Shown piece by piece: positions 35,715-44,296 of a DNA stretch of 64,000 nucleotides. Positions within the stretch are counted from its first letter, which is position 1; the number at the start of each line of letters is the position of its first letter. Both the position numbers and the translations under genes were made by a program. Source of the DNA: an uncultured bacterium (lineage in GTDB: Bacteria; Pseudomonadota; Gammaproteobacteria; Burkholderiales; SG8-39). Under the pieces are notes generated by a model. It was given only the letters and a program-made list of their open reading frames with translations, did not search any database and was not told the origin of the DNA. The stretch is taken from NCBI GenBank assembly GCA_965233195.1, contig CBDDSB010000016.1, positions 155,146-219,145 on the forward strand, written 5' to 3'.

Positions 35715-37453
35715 CAGTTCGCGTCAATCACCGCGATGCGGTCGTTGAAGCCCCGGTTGATCATCTGGGTCGGGTCGCGGCTGGCGAAGGAGGTGTTCAG
35801 GTCGCTGTTGCTGCCTTCCAGCCAATCGGTCAGGGTGCCGTTGGGACGCGCGGTTCCGTTCAGGCTGCGGCCGGAGATCACCAGGAGGCCGCGCTGCGTA
35901 TTGCCCGGGTTCATGAACGCGACCGAAAGGCACGTGCCCCCGGTGGTGCAGTTGCGCGGCGCCGCGCCCGCCGGCGAGACGCTCTGCGCCACCGCGTAGT
36001 AGGAAACCTGGTGCCAGTTGTTGCGGAAGAACCAGCTGAAAGTCGCGTCGGTGGAATCGAGGATCGGATGGTCGGCGAGGAAGGCGATCGGGACCGAGAG
36101 GGTTTCGAGCTTGCAGACTTGAAGGAGGCCGAGCACGCCGCACAACAGGTCGCCGAGCAAGCCGCCGAAGCCCACTCCGCCGCCGACGGCGGCCTCGGCG
36201 TTCAAGGTGATGGTGGCCGAACCGCTGGCGTTGAGCACGCCGCCAGAGGTGCGCGGCGCGGCGTTCACGTTGGTCATCGCCGCTGCGTTGTTGAGCTGCC
36301 GCAGCGCCATGCCGACGTTGGCGGCCGTGGCGGTGAGCGTGAACGGCATATTGCCGGCGGGGCAGATGATGAAGCAGCGGCGGTAGAAGTCGCAATCCAC
36401 CGTCGTGGCGGTGGTGGTGCAGGTTGCCGAGTTGATCCCCGCCCCGGCGAGTGAAGCCGCGCTCCAGGCCACGAAGGTGGGGTCGCAGCGCGGGCCGGCG
36501 GTGCCGGGATCACAGGCAATGCCGGAGCCGGGTATCGTCTCGGAGAAGCTGGCGGGCAGCAGGCCGCCAGACGTCGCCGTCGCCGCGCTGCCTTGGAACT
36601 TGTCGAATGGGGCCAGCGTGGGATTGCCGAACGGCGCGGCGAATGGCAGCGCCGGGTTCGCCGGCCAGGCACCGGTCGAGTAGACGGTGCGCAGCTGCGG
36701 CGCGAACTGGCGCTCGAAGCGCGAGGCCACGGCAGCTTCGATTCCAGGCAAGATCTCGGCGCCACTGATCGACAGCACCTGATCGTTGAACGACTCCGCG
36801 GGGCCGGCGCTCTGGAACGCTGTGTTTGCCGGCGTGGTCGCGTTCTCGCACTCGAGGTAGTCGCGCAGGTCGATGGCTGGCGAGGGCGTGGTGCGGCTCT
36901 GCACCCGCGCGTTACAGCCGGCGGCGGCCGCGACCTGCAGCGGCCGTCCCGGCGCGATGATCAGCGCGACGATGTCGCCGGTGGCGTCGAGCGTGAGCTG
37001 ACCTGTCGAGTTCGAATTGATGACGGTGTTGGTCGCTGCGTTGGGCTTCGCCCAGGCCGGCGATACCACGTACCAGAGCGGCTCGCCGGCGATGTCGCGC
37101 CATTTGTCGAGGCCGAGAGTCCGCCAGGGCAGCCGGCCGACGGCGGGCAGCGTGCAATTGCCCGCGGCGATGCCTTCGTTCGCGGTGCCGATGTTGCCGG
37201 CCGCCTCGGGACACGGCAGCCGTCCCGGGTCGTTCTCGGTGGTCATCGCGGTGCGGTGCGCGACGTAGCCGATGAGCGCGCTTTTCGCTTCTTGCAGGAT
37301 GCGCGCGTTGTGCGTCCGGTCCAGCGCCGTGCGGTTGATCGGCGTGCTGATCAGGGTCACGCCCCACCAGGCGGCGCCGAGGATCAGCACCGCGAGCATC
37401 GCCATCAACGCTGCGCCGCTTTGCTGCGCGCGCAGCTTGACTTCGCGATTCAT
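35714..37453 (-). CDS. large Cys-rich GspK-like minor pseudopilin candidate
   Basis: 579 aa. The N-terminus RAQQSG|AALMAMLAVLILGAAWW resembles the GspK-type leader (no Glu5). It shares GRLPCPE and GRLPWRTLGL...PLWYVV motifs with the adjacent 275-aa pilin. About 18 Cys. Confidence 0.5.
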   Translation of the reverse strand: MNREVKLRAQQSGAALMAMLAVLILGAAWWGVTLISTPINRTALDRTHNARILQEAKSALIGYVAHRTAMTTENDPGRLPCPEAAGNIGTANEGIAAGNCTLPAVGRLPWRTLGLDKWRDIAGEPLWYVVSPAWAKPNAATNTVINSNSTGQLTLDATGDIVALIIAPGRPLQVAAAAGCNARVQSRTTPSPAIDLRDYLECENATTPANTAFQSAGPAESFNDQVLSISGAEILPGIEAAVASRFERQFAPQLRTVYSTGAWPANPALPFAAPFGNPTLAPFDKFQGSAATATSGGLLPASFSETIPGSGIACDPGTAGPRCDPTFVAWSAASLAGAGINSATCTTTATTVDCDFYRRCFIICPAGNMPFTLTATAANVGMALRQLNNAAAMTNVNAAPRTSGGVLNASGSATITLNAEAAVGGGVGFGGLLGDLLCGVLGLLQVCKLETLSVPIAFLADHPILDSTDATFSWFFRNNWHQVSYYAVAQSVSPAGAAPRNCTTGGTCLSVAFMNPGNTQRGLLVISGRSLNGTARPNGTLTDWLEGSNSDLNTSFASRDPTQMINRGFNDRIAVIDAN

Positions 37454-37875
37454 TTGCGCGCCGGGGCCGCCTGCACGCGACCGCCCTCGCCAAGAACGTC
37501 GCGCACCTGGCCGGTGCTGCGGTCGAGCACTTCGCCGGGGCGCAGCTCGACGCGCTGGCCGCCTTCGCCGGCGGGCACCGGCACCCGCCCGCCGCGGCGC
37601 TCGGGGTCGATCACCGGCGCGTCGGCCGTGCCTTCGAGCATGGCGTCGCCGTTGACGAATACCGTCGAGCGCCCGCCCGAGCGCTTCACGTAGCCGTCGA
37701 GGCGGGTGGTCGGCGACACAGTGGTCACCGCCGGCCGGTCGGGCACGCGCGCCTTGCGCCGCGCGTCGAGCGCCGCGCGCTGCTCGGGCGTGAAAAACAG
37801 GCGGCCGAGTTCCTGGGAACTCGCATCAGCAACGATCCCCGCAAACAAGATTGTGGATAGAAGGGCGCGCTTCAT
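37450..37875 (-). CDS. small secreted protein, PilP/MshK/GspC-HR-like candidate
   Basis: Internal Met (MKRALLSTILFAGIVADASSQ signal peptide) of ORF 37450-37986, 141 aa. Beta-rich C-terminal part (STVFVNGDAML...VELRPGEVLD). ATGA overlaps on both sides. Confidence 0.4.
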   Translation of the reverse strand: MKRALLSTILFAGIVADASSQELGRLFFTPEQRAALDARRKARVPDRPAVTTVSPTTRLDGYVKRSGGRSTVFVNGDAMLEGTADAPVIDPERRGGRVPVPAGEGGQRVELRPGEVLDRSTGQVRDVLGEGGRVQAAPARK

Positions 37876-38480
37876 CCCTTCGCCGCCCGGTCGATGATGG
37901 TGATGAGGTCGAGGTCGCACTCGCCGCGCAGGCGCGGTGAAATCTGGATGCCGGCCGGCGGCTGGGCGATGCGGGTCAGCGAGCACTGGCGCACCGCGTA
38001 GTAGGCGTTGCCGGAAGCGCGCAGGTCGGCGAGGAAGCGCAGCAGGTCCTCCTCGTGCAGGAGCGCGAGCTGCACGCGCATCGCGCTGGCGAAGAACTCG
38101 ACGTTACCCGGTTTGCCCGGCGCCGAGACCAGCAGCCGCTGGCGGTCGACGCGATACGAAAGGTCGAGCAGCTCGCGCTGCTTGCGGATGCGGGTGATGG
38201 CGTCGGCCCACTCGAGGCGTCGCTCCTCGCCGAGGATGTTGAGCTGCTGGAGGCGCTTGTAGACGTCAAGCTTCTCGATCACCTCGCGCTCCTCCTCGGA
38301 AATGCGCGCGAGGCGCTCGGTGGCCTGCTGGCGCTCGGCCTGCGCCGCCTGCGCCTGCCGCTGCGCTGCGCCGAGCGTGGCGTCGGCGCCCCCGATCAGG
38401 CCGGCGCCGGCCGCGACCAGCAGCGCGGCGAAGAGCGCGGGCAGCGCGAGCTTGCGCAGCTCGTCGGGGGTGAAGGTCAC
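37872..38480 (-). CDS. bitopic assembly protein, GspM/PilO/MshJ-like
   Basis: 202 aa. One N-terminal TM (LALPALFAALLVAAGAGLIGG), a coiled-coil Q/E/R-rich segment, and a C-terminal globular domain. Its position after the GspL-like gene fits. Confidence 0.5.
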   Translation of the reverse strand: MTFTPDELRKLALPALFAALLVAAGAGLIGGADATLGAAQRQAQAAQAERQQATERLARISEEEREVIEKLDVYKRLQQLNILGEERRLEWADAITRIRKQRELLDLSYRVDRQRLLVSAPGKPGNVEFFASAMRVQLALLHEEDLLRFLADLRASGNAYYAVRQCSLTRIAQPPAGIQISPRLRGECDLDLITIIDRAAKG

Positions 38481-40024
38481 GGCAGCCTCCGCGTCAGCGT
38501 GATGGTGAAGCGCGGCGCCTCGCTCGACTCGGCCGCGCCGATGTCGCCGGTGAGCGTGCCCTCCGAAGTGATATCGAATGGTAGCTGGGTACGCGCGAGC
38601 TCGTAGCCGCCGCTTGCCAGGGCCTCGGCGAAGCGCTGCACCTGCGCGGTAATGCCGCGGTAGTCATTGCGCTGCGTCGCGTTGACCCGCCCGGAGAGGG
38701 CGAATTGCACGATCGCCTCGCCTTGGGCCGCGGGTTTTGCTTCGGTGGGGGGAGGTTTCGCGCCTCGCGGGTCGGCGGGCTTGCCCACACTCCAGTTGAT
38801 CAGCTCGACTTCCATCTGCGGGAAGCGGTCGAGCACCCGCGCGGCGTGGACGAACGCGGCGTCGGGCGAGGCGCTGCGCTCGGCGATGCGCCGGAACTCC
38901 ACGACGGTTACGCGCAGGTTCTCGGTGGTCGTCTGCGTCACCGGGAAGGTGGCCGTAATGCGCTCGTACTGCTGCGTCGCCGCGCGCGCTTCGCGCGTTT
39001 GCGACTCGGCGCGTTCGCGCGCGTTCATTGCCTCGAGCCAGCGGTTGCCGCTGAAGAGAGCGCAAACGGCGAACACGGCGGCGCCGGTCGCCACGATGCC
39101 GCGCTGCAGCTGCCAGATGGAATAGTTGCGTCGATCCGCGCTGCTGGCGAACTGCTCGCGCGGCGGCTTGCGCGCCGCGAGCCGGAGATAGAGCGCTTCG
39201 GCGCCGATGCCCTCGGGCGTAGCGCGCAGACCGACGGCGCGCAGGGCGTCGGCGCCGTCGACGGTCTGGAAGGAAACGCGGGCGTCCGACACCAGCATCT
39301 GTTCGAAGAGCGCGCGCTCCCCCGGCGGGGCGACGACCAGCGCGCGCAGCGGCCCGCCGTCGCGCGGCAGGGCGCGCAGCGTGGTCAGGTACTGGGTGAG
39401 GCGCAGCGTCTCCGAGCGCACGAACGCCGCCAGAGCCTGCGCCGGCACCATCTCGACGATGCGCTCAAGGCGCGCGAAGCGCAGCTTGCCGCCGTCGATG
39501 AAGCACTGGCGCAGACCGGCACGGTCGGCGGTTACCACCAGCGCTCGCGCGCCACGGGCGCCAAGGCGCGCCGCGAGGAGCGGGGCGAGCAGCGGCACGG
39601 AGTACACGCCGGCCAGCCGCGCCCCCGCTTCCGCGAGCGCATCGAGCCAGGGCACGAACTGCAGGGTATTGGTGAACGACGTGAGCAACAGCTTCTCGTT
39701 GCGGCGCTGTGGCGTTTGCACCGGGCCGAGCGACAGGGCTGCGGCGAGGCGTGTGTCGCGGTAGCGCTGGGCGAGGCGGCGCTCGACCACCGCCACGCGG
39801 TCGCTGCCGCGCAGCCAGGGCACCTGCTCCTCGTGGAAATCCTCGCCGGCCAGGTCGGCGAGCACGGCGAATAGTGCGCCGCGCCGCCCGCGCAGGAACT
39901 CTCGGAAGGCGCTCACGCCGAGGTCGTCGCCGGAGAACTTGGCTTCGAGCTCAAGCTTGCCGCGCGCCGCGGTGTAGAGGTAATGATCCGCCGCGGTGAA
40001 GTAGAGGAGGTGGCGCACCGCCAT
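38477..40024 (-). CDS. bitopic GspL / fused PilM-PilN / MshI-like assembly protein
   Basis: Internal Met (MAVRHLLYFTAADHYLY) of ORF 38477-41035, 515 aa. A cytoplasmic domain of about 300 aa, one TM (IVATGAAVFAVCALFSG), and a periplasmic domain of about 190 aa. The start shares one nt with the gspF-like stop. Confidence 0.5.
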   Translation of the reverse strand: MAVRHLLYFTAADHYLYTAARGKLELEAKFSGDDLGVSAFREFLRGRRGALFAVLADLAGEDFHEEQVPWLRGSDRVAVVERRLAQRYRDTRLAAALSLGPVQTPQRRNEKLLLTSFTNTLQFVPWLDALAEAGARLAGVYSVPLLAPLLAARLGARGARALVVTADRAGLRQCFIDGGKLRFARLERIVEMVPAQALAAFVRSETLRLTQYLTTLRALPRDGGPLRALVVAPPGERALFEQMLVSDARVSFQTVDGADALRAVGLRATPEGIGAEALYLRLAARKPPREQFASSADRRNYSIWQLQRGIVATGAAVFAVCALFSGNRWLEAMNARERAESQTREARAATQQYERITATFPVTQTTTENLRVTVVEFRRIAERSASPDAAFVHAARVLDRFPQMEVELINWSVGKPADPRGAKPPPTEAKPAAQGEAIVQFALSGRVNATQRNDYRGITAQVQRFAEALASGGYELARTQLPFDITSEGTLTGDIGAAESSEAPRFTITLTRRLP

Positions 40025-41229
40025 CAGAACTTCATTTTCGAGATGGCGTCGTACACCGGTCCGAGCACCGACAGCATCACCCATCCGAGGATCGCGCCCA
40101 GTACCACGGTGAGCAACGGCTCGATCATCGCCTGCACCTTGGCGATCGACTCGCGCACCTCGCGGTTGTAGAAGTAGCTGACGTTGAGCAGCGCGGTGTC
40201 GAGCTTGCCGGTGCCCTCGCCGATGCGCATCATGCGGATCACCAGCGGCGGGAACAGCGACAGATCCTGGAATGCCGCGGTCAGGTTCTTGCCCTCGGCG
40301 ATCTGCTGCCCGGCCTTGCGCAGCGCGCGCTCGAGCGGACGGTTGCCGACGATCTCCTCGCAGCTGCGGATCGCGTCGAGCACCGTGATGCCGGAGCTGT
40401 ACATCATGGCAAAGCTCGAGGCGAAGCGCGACAGGATGATCTTGCGCAGAATCGGGCCGATCACCGGCATGGAGATCTTGTAGCGATCGACCGCGTACTC
40501 CACCGCCGGGTTGGTCCGGATCGCGAGCTTCAGGCCGAACCAGGCGACGAACGGCGCGGCGAGAATCGCCCACCAGTAGCCGACGAAGAAGCTCGACACC
40601 GCCATCAGGATGCGGGTCTGCAGCGGCACCTCCTGCCCCATGTTGCGGATGAAGCCGGTCATCTGCGGCACGAGGTAAATCATCAGGAAGAAGGTGACGA
40701 TGAGCACGATGCTGCCGACGAACGCGGGGTACATGGCGAGCTTCTTGGTCTGCGCGGCGAGCTCGTCCTCCCACTTTAGCGACTCCGAGAGGCTCTGCAG
40801 CACGTCGGCCAGCTTGCCGGTGGCCTCGCCCGAGCGCACCAGGCTGACGAACACCCGGCCGAAGACGTTGGGGTAGTCCGCGAGCGCCTGCGACAGGTTC
40901 TGGCCGCCCTGGATCGATTCGATCAGGCCCGACACCACCTCGCGAAAGCGCGGATTCTCGAGGCTGTCGCGCAGGTCGGTCAGCCCTTCGACCAGGGGCA
41001 CGCCGGCGGTGGCGAGCTGCTCGAGATGGAAGCAAAAGTTGATCAGGTCCTGGCGCGTGACCTTGCCGCCGCCGAACAGGCGCGCCATGTCGCTCGCCAG
41101 CGTGCCGCCCACCAGGTCGAGCTCCATGCGCTGCAGGCGCTGCTCGAGGTCGAACAGGTTGATCGCCTCCAGCCGGCCGACGACCGCCTTGCCCTGCGCG
41201 TCGATCGCCTTGTAGCTGAAGAGTGGCAT
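40024..41229 (-). CDS. type II secretion / type IV pilus platform protein (GspF/PilC/MshG family)
   Basis: 401 aa. Duplicated T2SF domains with three TM segments. LSQALADYPNVFGRVFVSLVRSGEATGKL and the second-repeat motif MMRIGEGTGKLD. Confidence 0.92.
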   Translation of the reverse strand: MPLFSYKAIDAQGKAVVGRLEAINLFDLEQRLQRMELDLVGGTLASDMARLFGGGKVTRQDLINFCFHLEQLATAGVPLVEGLTDLRDSLENPRFREVVSGLIESIQGGQNLSQALADYPNVFGRVFVSLVRSGEATGKLADVLQSLSESLKWEDELAAQTKKLAMYPAFVGSIVLIVTFFLMIYLVPQMTGFIRNMGQEVPLQTRILMAVSSFFVGYWWAILAAPFVAWFGLKLAIRTNPAVEYAVDRYKISMPVIGPILRKIILSRFASSFAMMYSSGITVLDAIRSCEEIVGNRPLERALRKAGQQIAEGKNLTAAFQDLSLFPPLVIRMMRIGEGTGKLDTALLNVSYFYNREVRESIAKVQAMIEPLLTVVLGAILGWVMLSVLGPVYDAISKMKF

Positions 41230-41231
41230 GA

Positions 41232-42941
41232 CTAGGCCATGCGGTCCGTCAGATCGACCACGCGCATCACCTCATCCAGCGAGGTCGATCCCCCGCGCAC
41301 CAGGCGCACGCCGTCGTCGGCGAGGGTCTTGAAGCCGTTTGCGCGCGCCGCCGTGAGGATCTCGCGGGCGGTGGCGCGCCGCGCGATGAGCTCATCGATG
41401 CCCGAGTCGATCTTGAGCAGCTCGAGGATGCTCTGGCGGCCGTTGTAGCCCTGGTATTCGCACTTCTCGCAGCCGACGGCGCGGAAGATGGCGGCCGGCT
41501 CGGTGGGCGAGAGGCCCAGCAGGCGACGGTCCTTGGCGTCCGGCTCGTAGGACTGGCGGCACGTGCGGCACAGGCGCCGGACCAGCCGCTGGCCGATGAT
41601 GCCGATGATGTTGCCGGCGAGGATGTCGGGCACGATGCCGATGTCGAGCAGGCGCGGAAAGGCGCCCACCGCGGAGTTGGTGTGGAGGGTCGAATACACC
41701 TGGTGACCGGTCATGGCCGCGCGGAATGCCATCTCGGCGGTGTCTTGGTCGCGGATCTCGCCGACCAGGATGACATCTGGATCCTGACGCATCATCGCGC
41801 GGATGCCGTTGGCGAAGTCGAGCTTGGCCGCCTCCGACACCGAGGTCTGGCGGATCAGCGTCATTGGGTACTCGACCGGGTCCTCCAGGGTCATGATGTT
41901 CACCCCGTCGGAGTTGATGTGGTTGAGCACCGAGTAGAGCGTGGTGGTCTTGCCGCTGCCGGTCGGGCCGGTCACCAGGATGATGCCCTCGGGCCGCGCG
42001 AGCATGCGCTTCAGCAGCTCGAGCTGCGATTCTTCCAGGCCGAGCTTGTCGAGCGGCACGATGCCCTTTTGCCGGTCGAGAATGCGCAGCACCAGGTTCT
42101 CGCCGTGCGTCGTGGGCAGGCTGGCGACGCGGAAATCGATCACCCGGCCGGCCATGGTCGCCGAAATGCGGCCGTCCTGCGGCGCGCGCGTCTCGGCAAT
42201 GTTCATCTTCGCCATCACCTTGATGCGCACCGCCATCGCCGGCCAGTACGTCTTGTGCAGCGAACGGATCTGGCGCAGCACGCCGTCGATCCGGTAGCGG
42301 ATGCGCAGGAAGTTCTGCTCGGGCTCGAAGTGGATATCGGAGCCGCCGCGCTCCACCGCGTCGGCGAGCAGCGCCGAGATCAGGCGCACCACCGGCTGCG
42401 AGTACTCGTCGCCCTCGGCGACCGTGGCGTAGTCGACCTCGCCGGTCTCGATTTCCTTGAGGATGCCGTCGATCGAGAACTCGTGGCCGTAGTAGTGCTC
42501 GATCGCGCGCTCGATCTCCGATTCGCCGGCCAGGCGCAGCTCGATCTCGTACTCGCCCTTGAGGTGCGCCCGCAGCTGGTCGATCGCCACGATGTTGTTG
42601 GTGTCGGAGAGGGCGACCATGAATTTGCGCTGGCTGCGGTCGAGTGCCACCGGGAACATGCGGTTGCGCCGCGCCATTTCGCGCGGCAGCTGCTTGAGCG
42701 CCGCCGGGTCGACGATGATGCGCGCGAGGTCCACCGACTGCAGTCCCAGCTTCTCGGACAGCGCGTCGCGCAGCGTCGCTTCCGAGACGAAGCCGAGCTG
42801 CACCAGCAGCTTGCCGACCGGGATGTGCTGCTTGGTCTGCTCGAGCAGCGCGATGCGCAGCTGGTCCTCGGTCAGAATCCCCTGGTCGATCAGGATCTGG
42901 CCGATATGGCGCTTCGCCTGCGGCGGAACCGGCTGGTTCAT
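41232..42941 (-). CDS. GspE/PilB/MshE family secretion ATPase with MshEN-type N-terminal domain
   Basis: 569 aa. Walker A GPTGSGKTTT, Asp box, Walker B ILVGEIRD, His box, and tetracysteine CRTC...CEKC. The N-terminus has two 24-aa Leu/Gly repeats separated by 5 aa. Confidence 0.93.
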   Translation of the reverse strand: MNQPVPPQAKRHIGQILIDQGILTEDQLRIALLEQTKQHIPVGKLLVQLGFVSEATLRDALSEKLGLQSVDLARIIVDPAALKQLPREMARRNRMFPVALDRSQRKFMVALSDTNNIVAIDQLRAHLKGEYEIELRLAGESEIERAIEHYYGHEFSIDGILKEIETGEVDYATVAEGDEYSQPVVRLISALLADAVERGGSDIHFEPEQNFLRIRYRIDGVLRQIRSLHKTYWPAMAVRIKVMAKMNIAETRAPQDGRISATMAGRVIDFRVASLPTTHGENLVLRILDRQKGIVPLDKLGLEESQLELLKRMLARPEGIILVTGPTGSGKTTTLYSVLNHINSDGVNIMTLEDPVEYPMTLIRQTSVSEAAKLDFANGIRAMMRQDPDVILVGEIRDQDTAEMAFRAAMTGHQVYSTLHTNSAVGAFPRLLDIGIVPDILAGNIIGIIGQRLVRRLCRTCRQSYEPDAKDRRLLGLSPTEPAAIFRAVGCEKCEYQGYNGRQSILELLKIDSGIDELIARRATAREILTAARANGFKTLADDGVRLVRGGSTSLDEVMRVVDLTDRMA

Positions 42942-43009
42942 TGGAGGATCATAAGGGGGCTGTTCATGAAGCCACTGTCAACAATTCCCATGCACGTTGT
43001 CAGCTTCCT

Positions 43010-44293
43010 TCAGCGGGTGAGCTGCGCGGCGCGGGTCTCGGCGCCGGGCAGATCGAAGCGGGCGCCGCGCGCCTTGGCGAGCGCGATGGCGCGCTGGTAA
43101 TAGTCGAGCGCGAGCTTCGGCTGGCGCAGCTGGTCCAGGCTCACCGCGAGGTTGTAGGCGAAATCGGCGTTGTCCGGCTCGGCGGTATACGCCCTGAAGT
43201 ATTCCTGCTGGGCCTCGGCCCAGCGGCCCTGCTGCGCAAGCTGATTGCCGAGGGTGAAATTGAGCACGTGCGACCCCGGATTGTCGGCCAGCACGGATTT
43301 CACCCGGCTCTCCGCGGCCACCGGATCCGTGCGCCCGGCGCGCAACGCGATGAGGGCTGCCAGTGCGTGCGAATCGCGCGGATCGGATTGCAGCAGGCGC
43401 AGGTAGCCGGCCTCGGCATGCTCGAAACGTCCCGCGCGCACGTCGAGCGCGGCGAGGCCGAGCAGCGCGTCGCGATTCGCCGGTTCCTCGCGCAGCGCGT
43501 GCTGGTACTCAGTACGCGCGCTGGCGAGATCGCCCGCGAGGTAGGCGGCGTAGCCGCTGGTGATGTTCGGATGCACCTGTGGCGCCGGCCGGCTCGACGT
43601 GATCTCGGTCGCGGGTGCGGGGCGGGGTGCCTGGAGTCGCGGGGTCTCCGGCGCGCGCTGTATCGGCGGCAGCGGAATCGCCGGCGCAGGCTGCGCAAGC
43701 GCTGGCGGCGCCGGGGGGGTCGGCTGCGGCGCGGGCTTCGACGGGGTTGAGGCCGGGAGGCCGGGAATCGCCGCCGCTGGCACTTGCGGCACCAGGCTCG
43801 GCGTGGGCTTCAGATCCGCGGCTGCGACCTGCGTCTCGCCTGCCGGCGGAGGCGGGTTGCGGTTGACCAGCGCCGCCGGCGGTTGCAGCTGAAGCCAGAA
43901 ATAGACCACGGTGCCGACGGCGAACACGCCGAGCGCGCCCATGGTGATGTAGAAGGGCAGGCGCGGGTTGGGCTCCCGGAACTTTGCCTCGAAGACCTTG
44001 CGAGCGCTGGCGCGGCCGCCCGCCTCCGCGTCGGCCGTGGGTGCGGGTCGCGCGGCCGGCGCGGCCTCGCGCGGCGGCCGGTTCTCGCGCTCCGTCGGCG
44101 GCGCGGGCTTGGCCGGCTGCTCGTCGCCCTCCAGCGCGAGGGGCTGGCGGATATCGGGTAGCTGGTCGCGCGTGACCACCGCCTGCTCGGGTAGCGGAGC
44201 GGGCTCGGCGATCGCAGGCTCGCCGCGCGCGCGGCGCTGCGCCTCCTCCTTGGCCCTTTCCGCCTTCTTCAGCGCCTCGAGCAGCAGGCTCAT
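43010..44293 (-). CDS. GspB/ExeB-like N-terminus + TM + Pro-rich linker + TPR protein (MshN-like)
   Basis: 427 aa. MSLLLEALKKAERAKEE resembles the GspB N-terminus. TM segment FYITMGALGVFAVGTVVYFWL. The C-terminal half has TPR-like A/Y/L repeats. Confidence 0.65.
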   Translation of the reverse strand: MSLLLEALKKAERAKEEAQRRARGEPAIAEPAPLPEQAVVTRDQLPDIRQPLALEGDEQPAKPAPPTERENRPPREAAPAARPAPTADAEAGGRASARKVFEAKFREPNPRLPFYITMGALGVFAVGTVVYFWLQLQPPAALVNRNPPPPAGETQVAAADLKPTPSLVPQVPAAAIPGLPASTPSKPAPQPTPPAPPALAQPAPAIPLPPIQRAPETPRLQAPRPAPATEITSSRPAPQVHPNITSGYAAYLAGDLASARTEYQHALREEPANRDALLGLAALDVRAGRFEHAEAGYLRLLQSDPRDSHALAALIALRAGRTDPVAAESRVKSVLADNPGSHVLNFTLGNQLAQQGRWAEAQQEYFRAYTAEPDNADFAYNLAVSLDQLRQPKLALDYYQRAIALAKARGARFDLPGAETRAAQLTR

Positions 44294-44296
44294 GGC

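Noticed and set aside
42942-43009. TTGACA...TATGAT pair upstream of the secretion ATPase gene as an internal sigma-70 promoter
   Set aside because: The spacing is about 21-22 nt rather than 17 +/- 1. The -10 element would sit only about 8 nt from the ATG.
43783-43800. TGGCACTTGC on the + strand inside the TPR gene, superficially sigma-54-like
   Set aside because: The -24 and -12 elements abut with no N5 spacer. The orientation is opposite to all nearby genes, and the site is intragenic.
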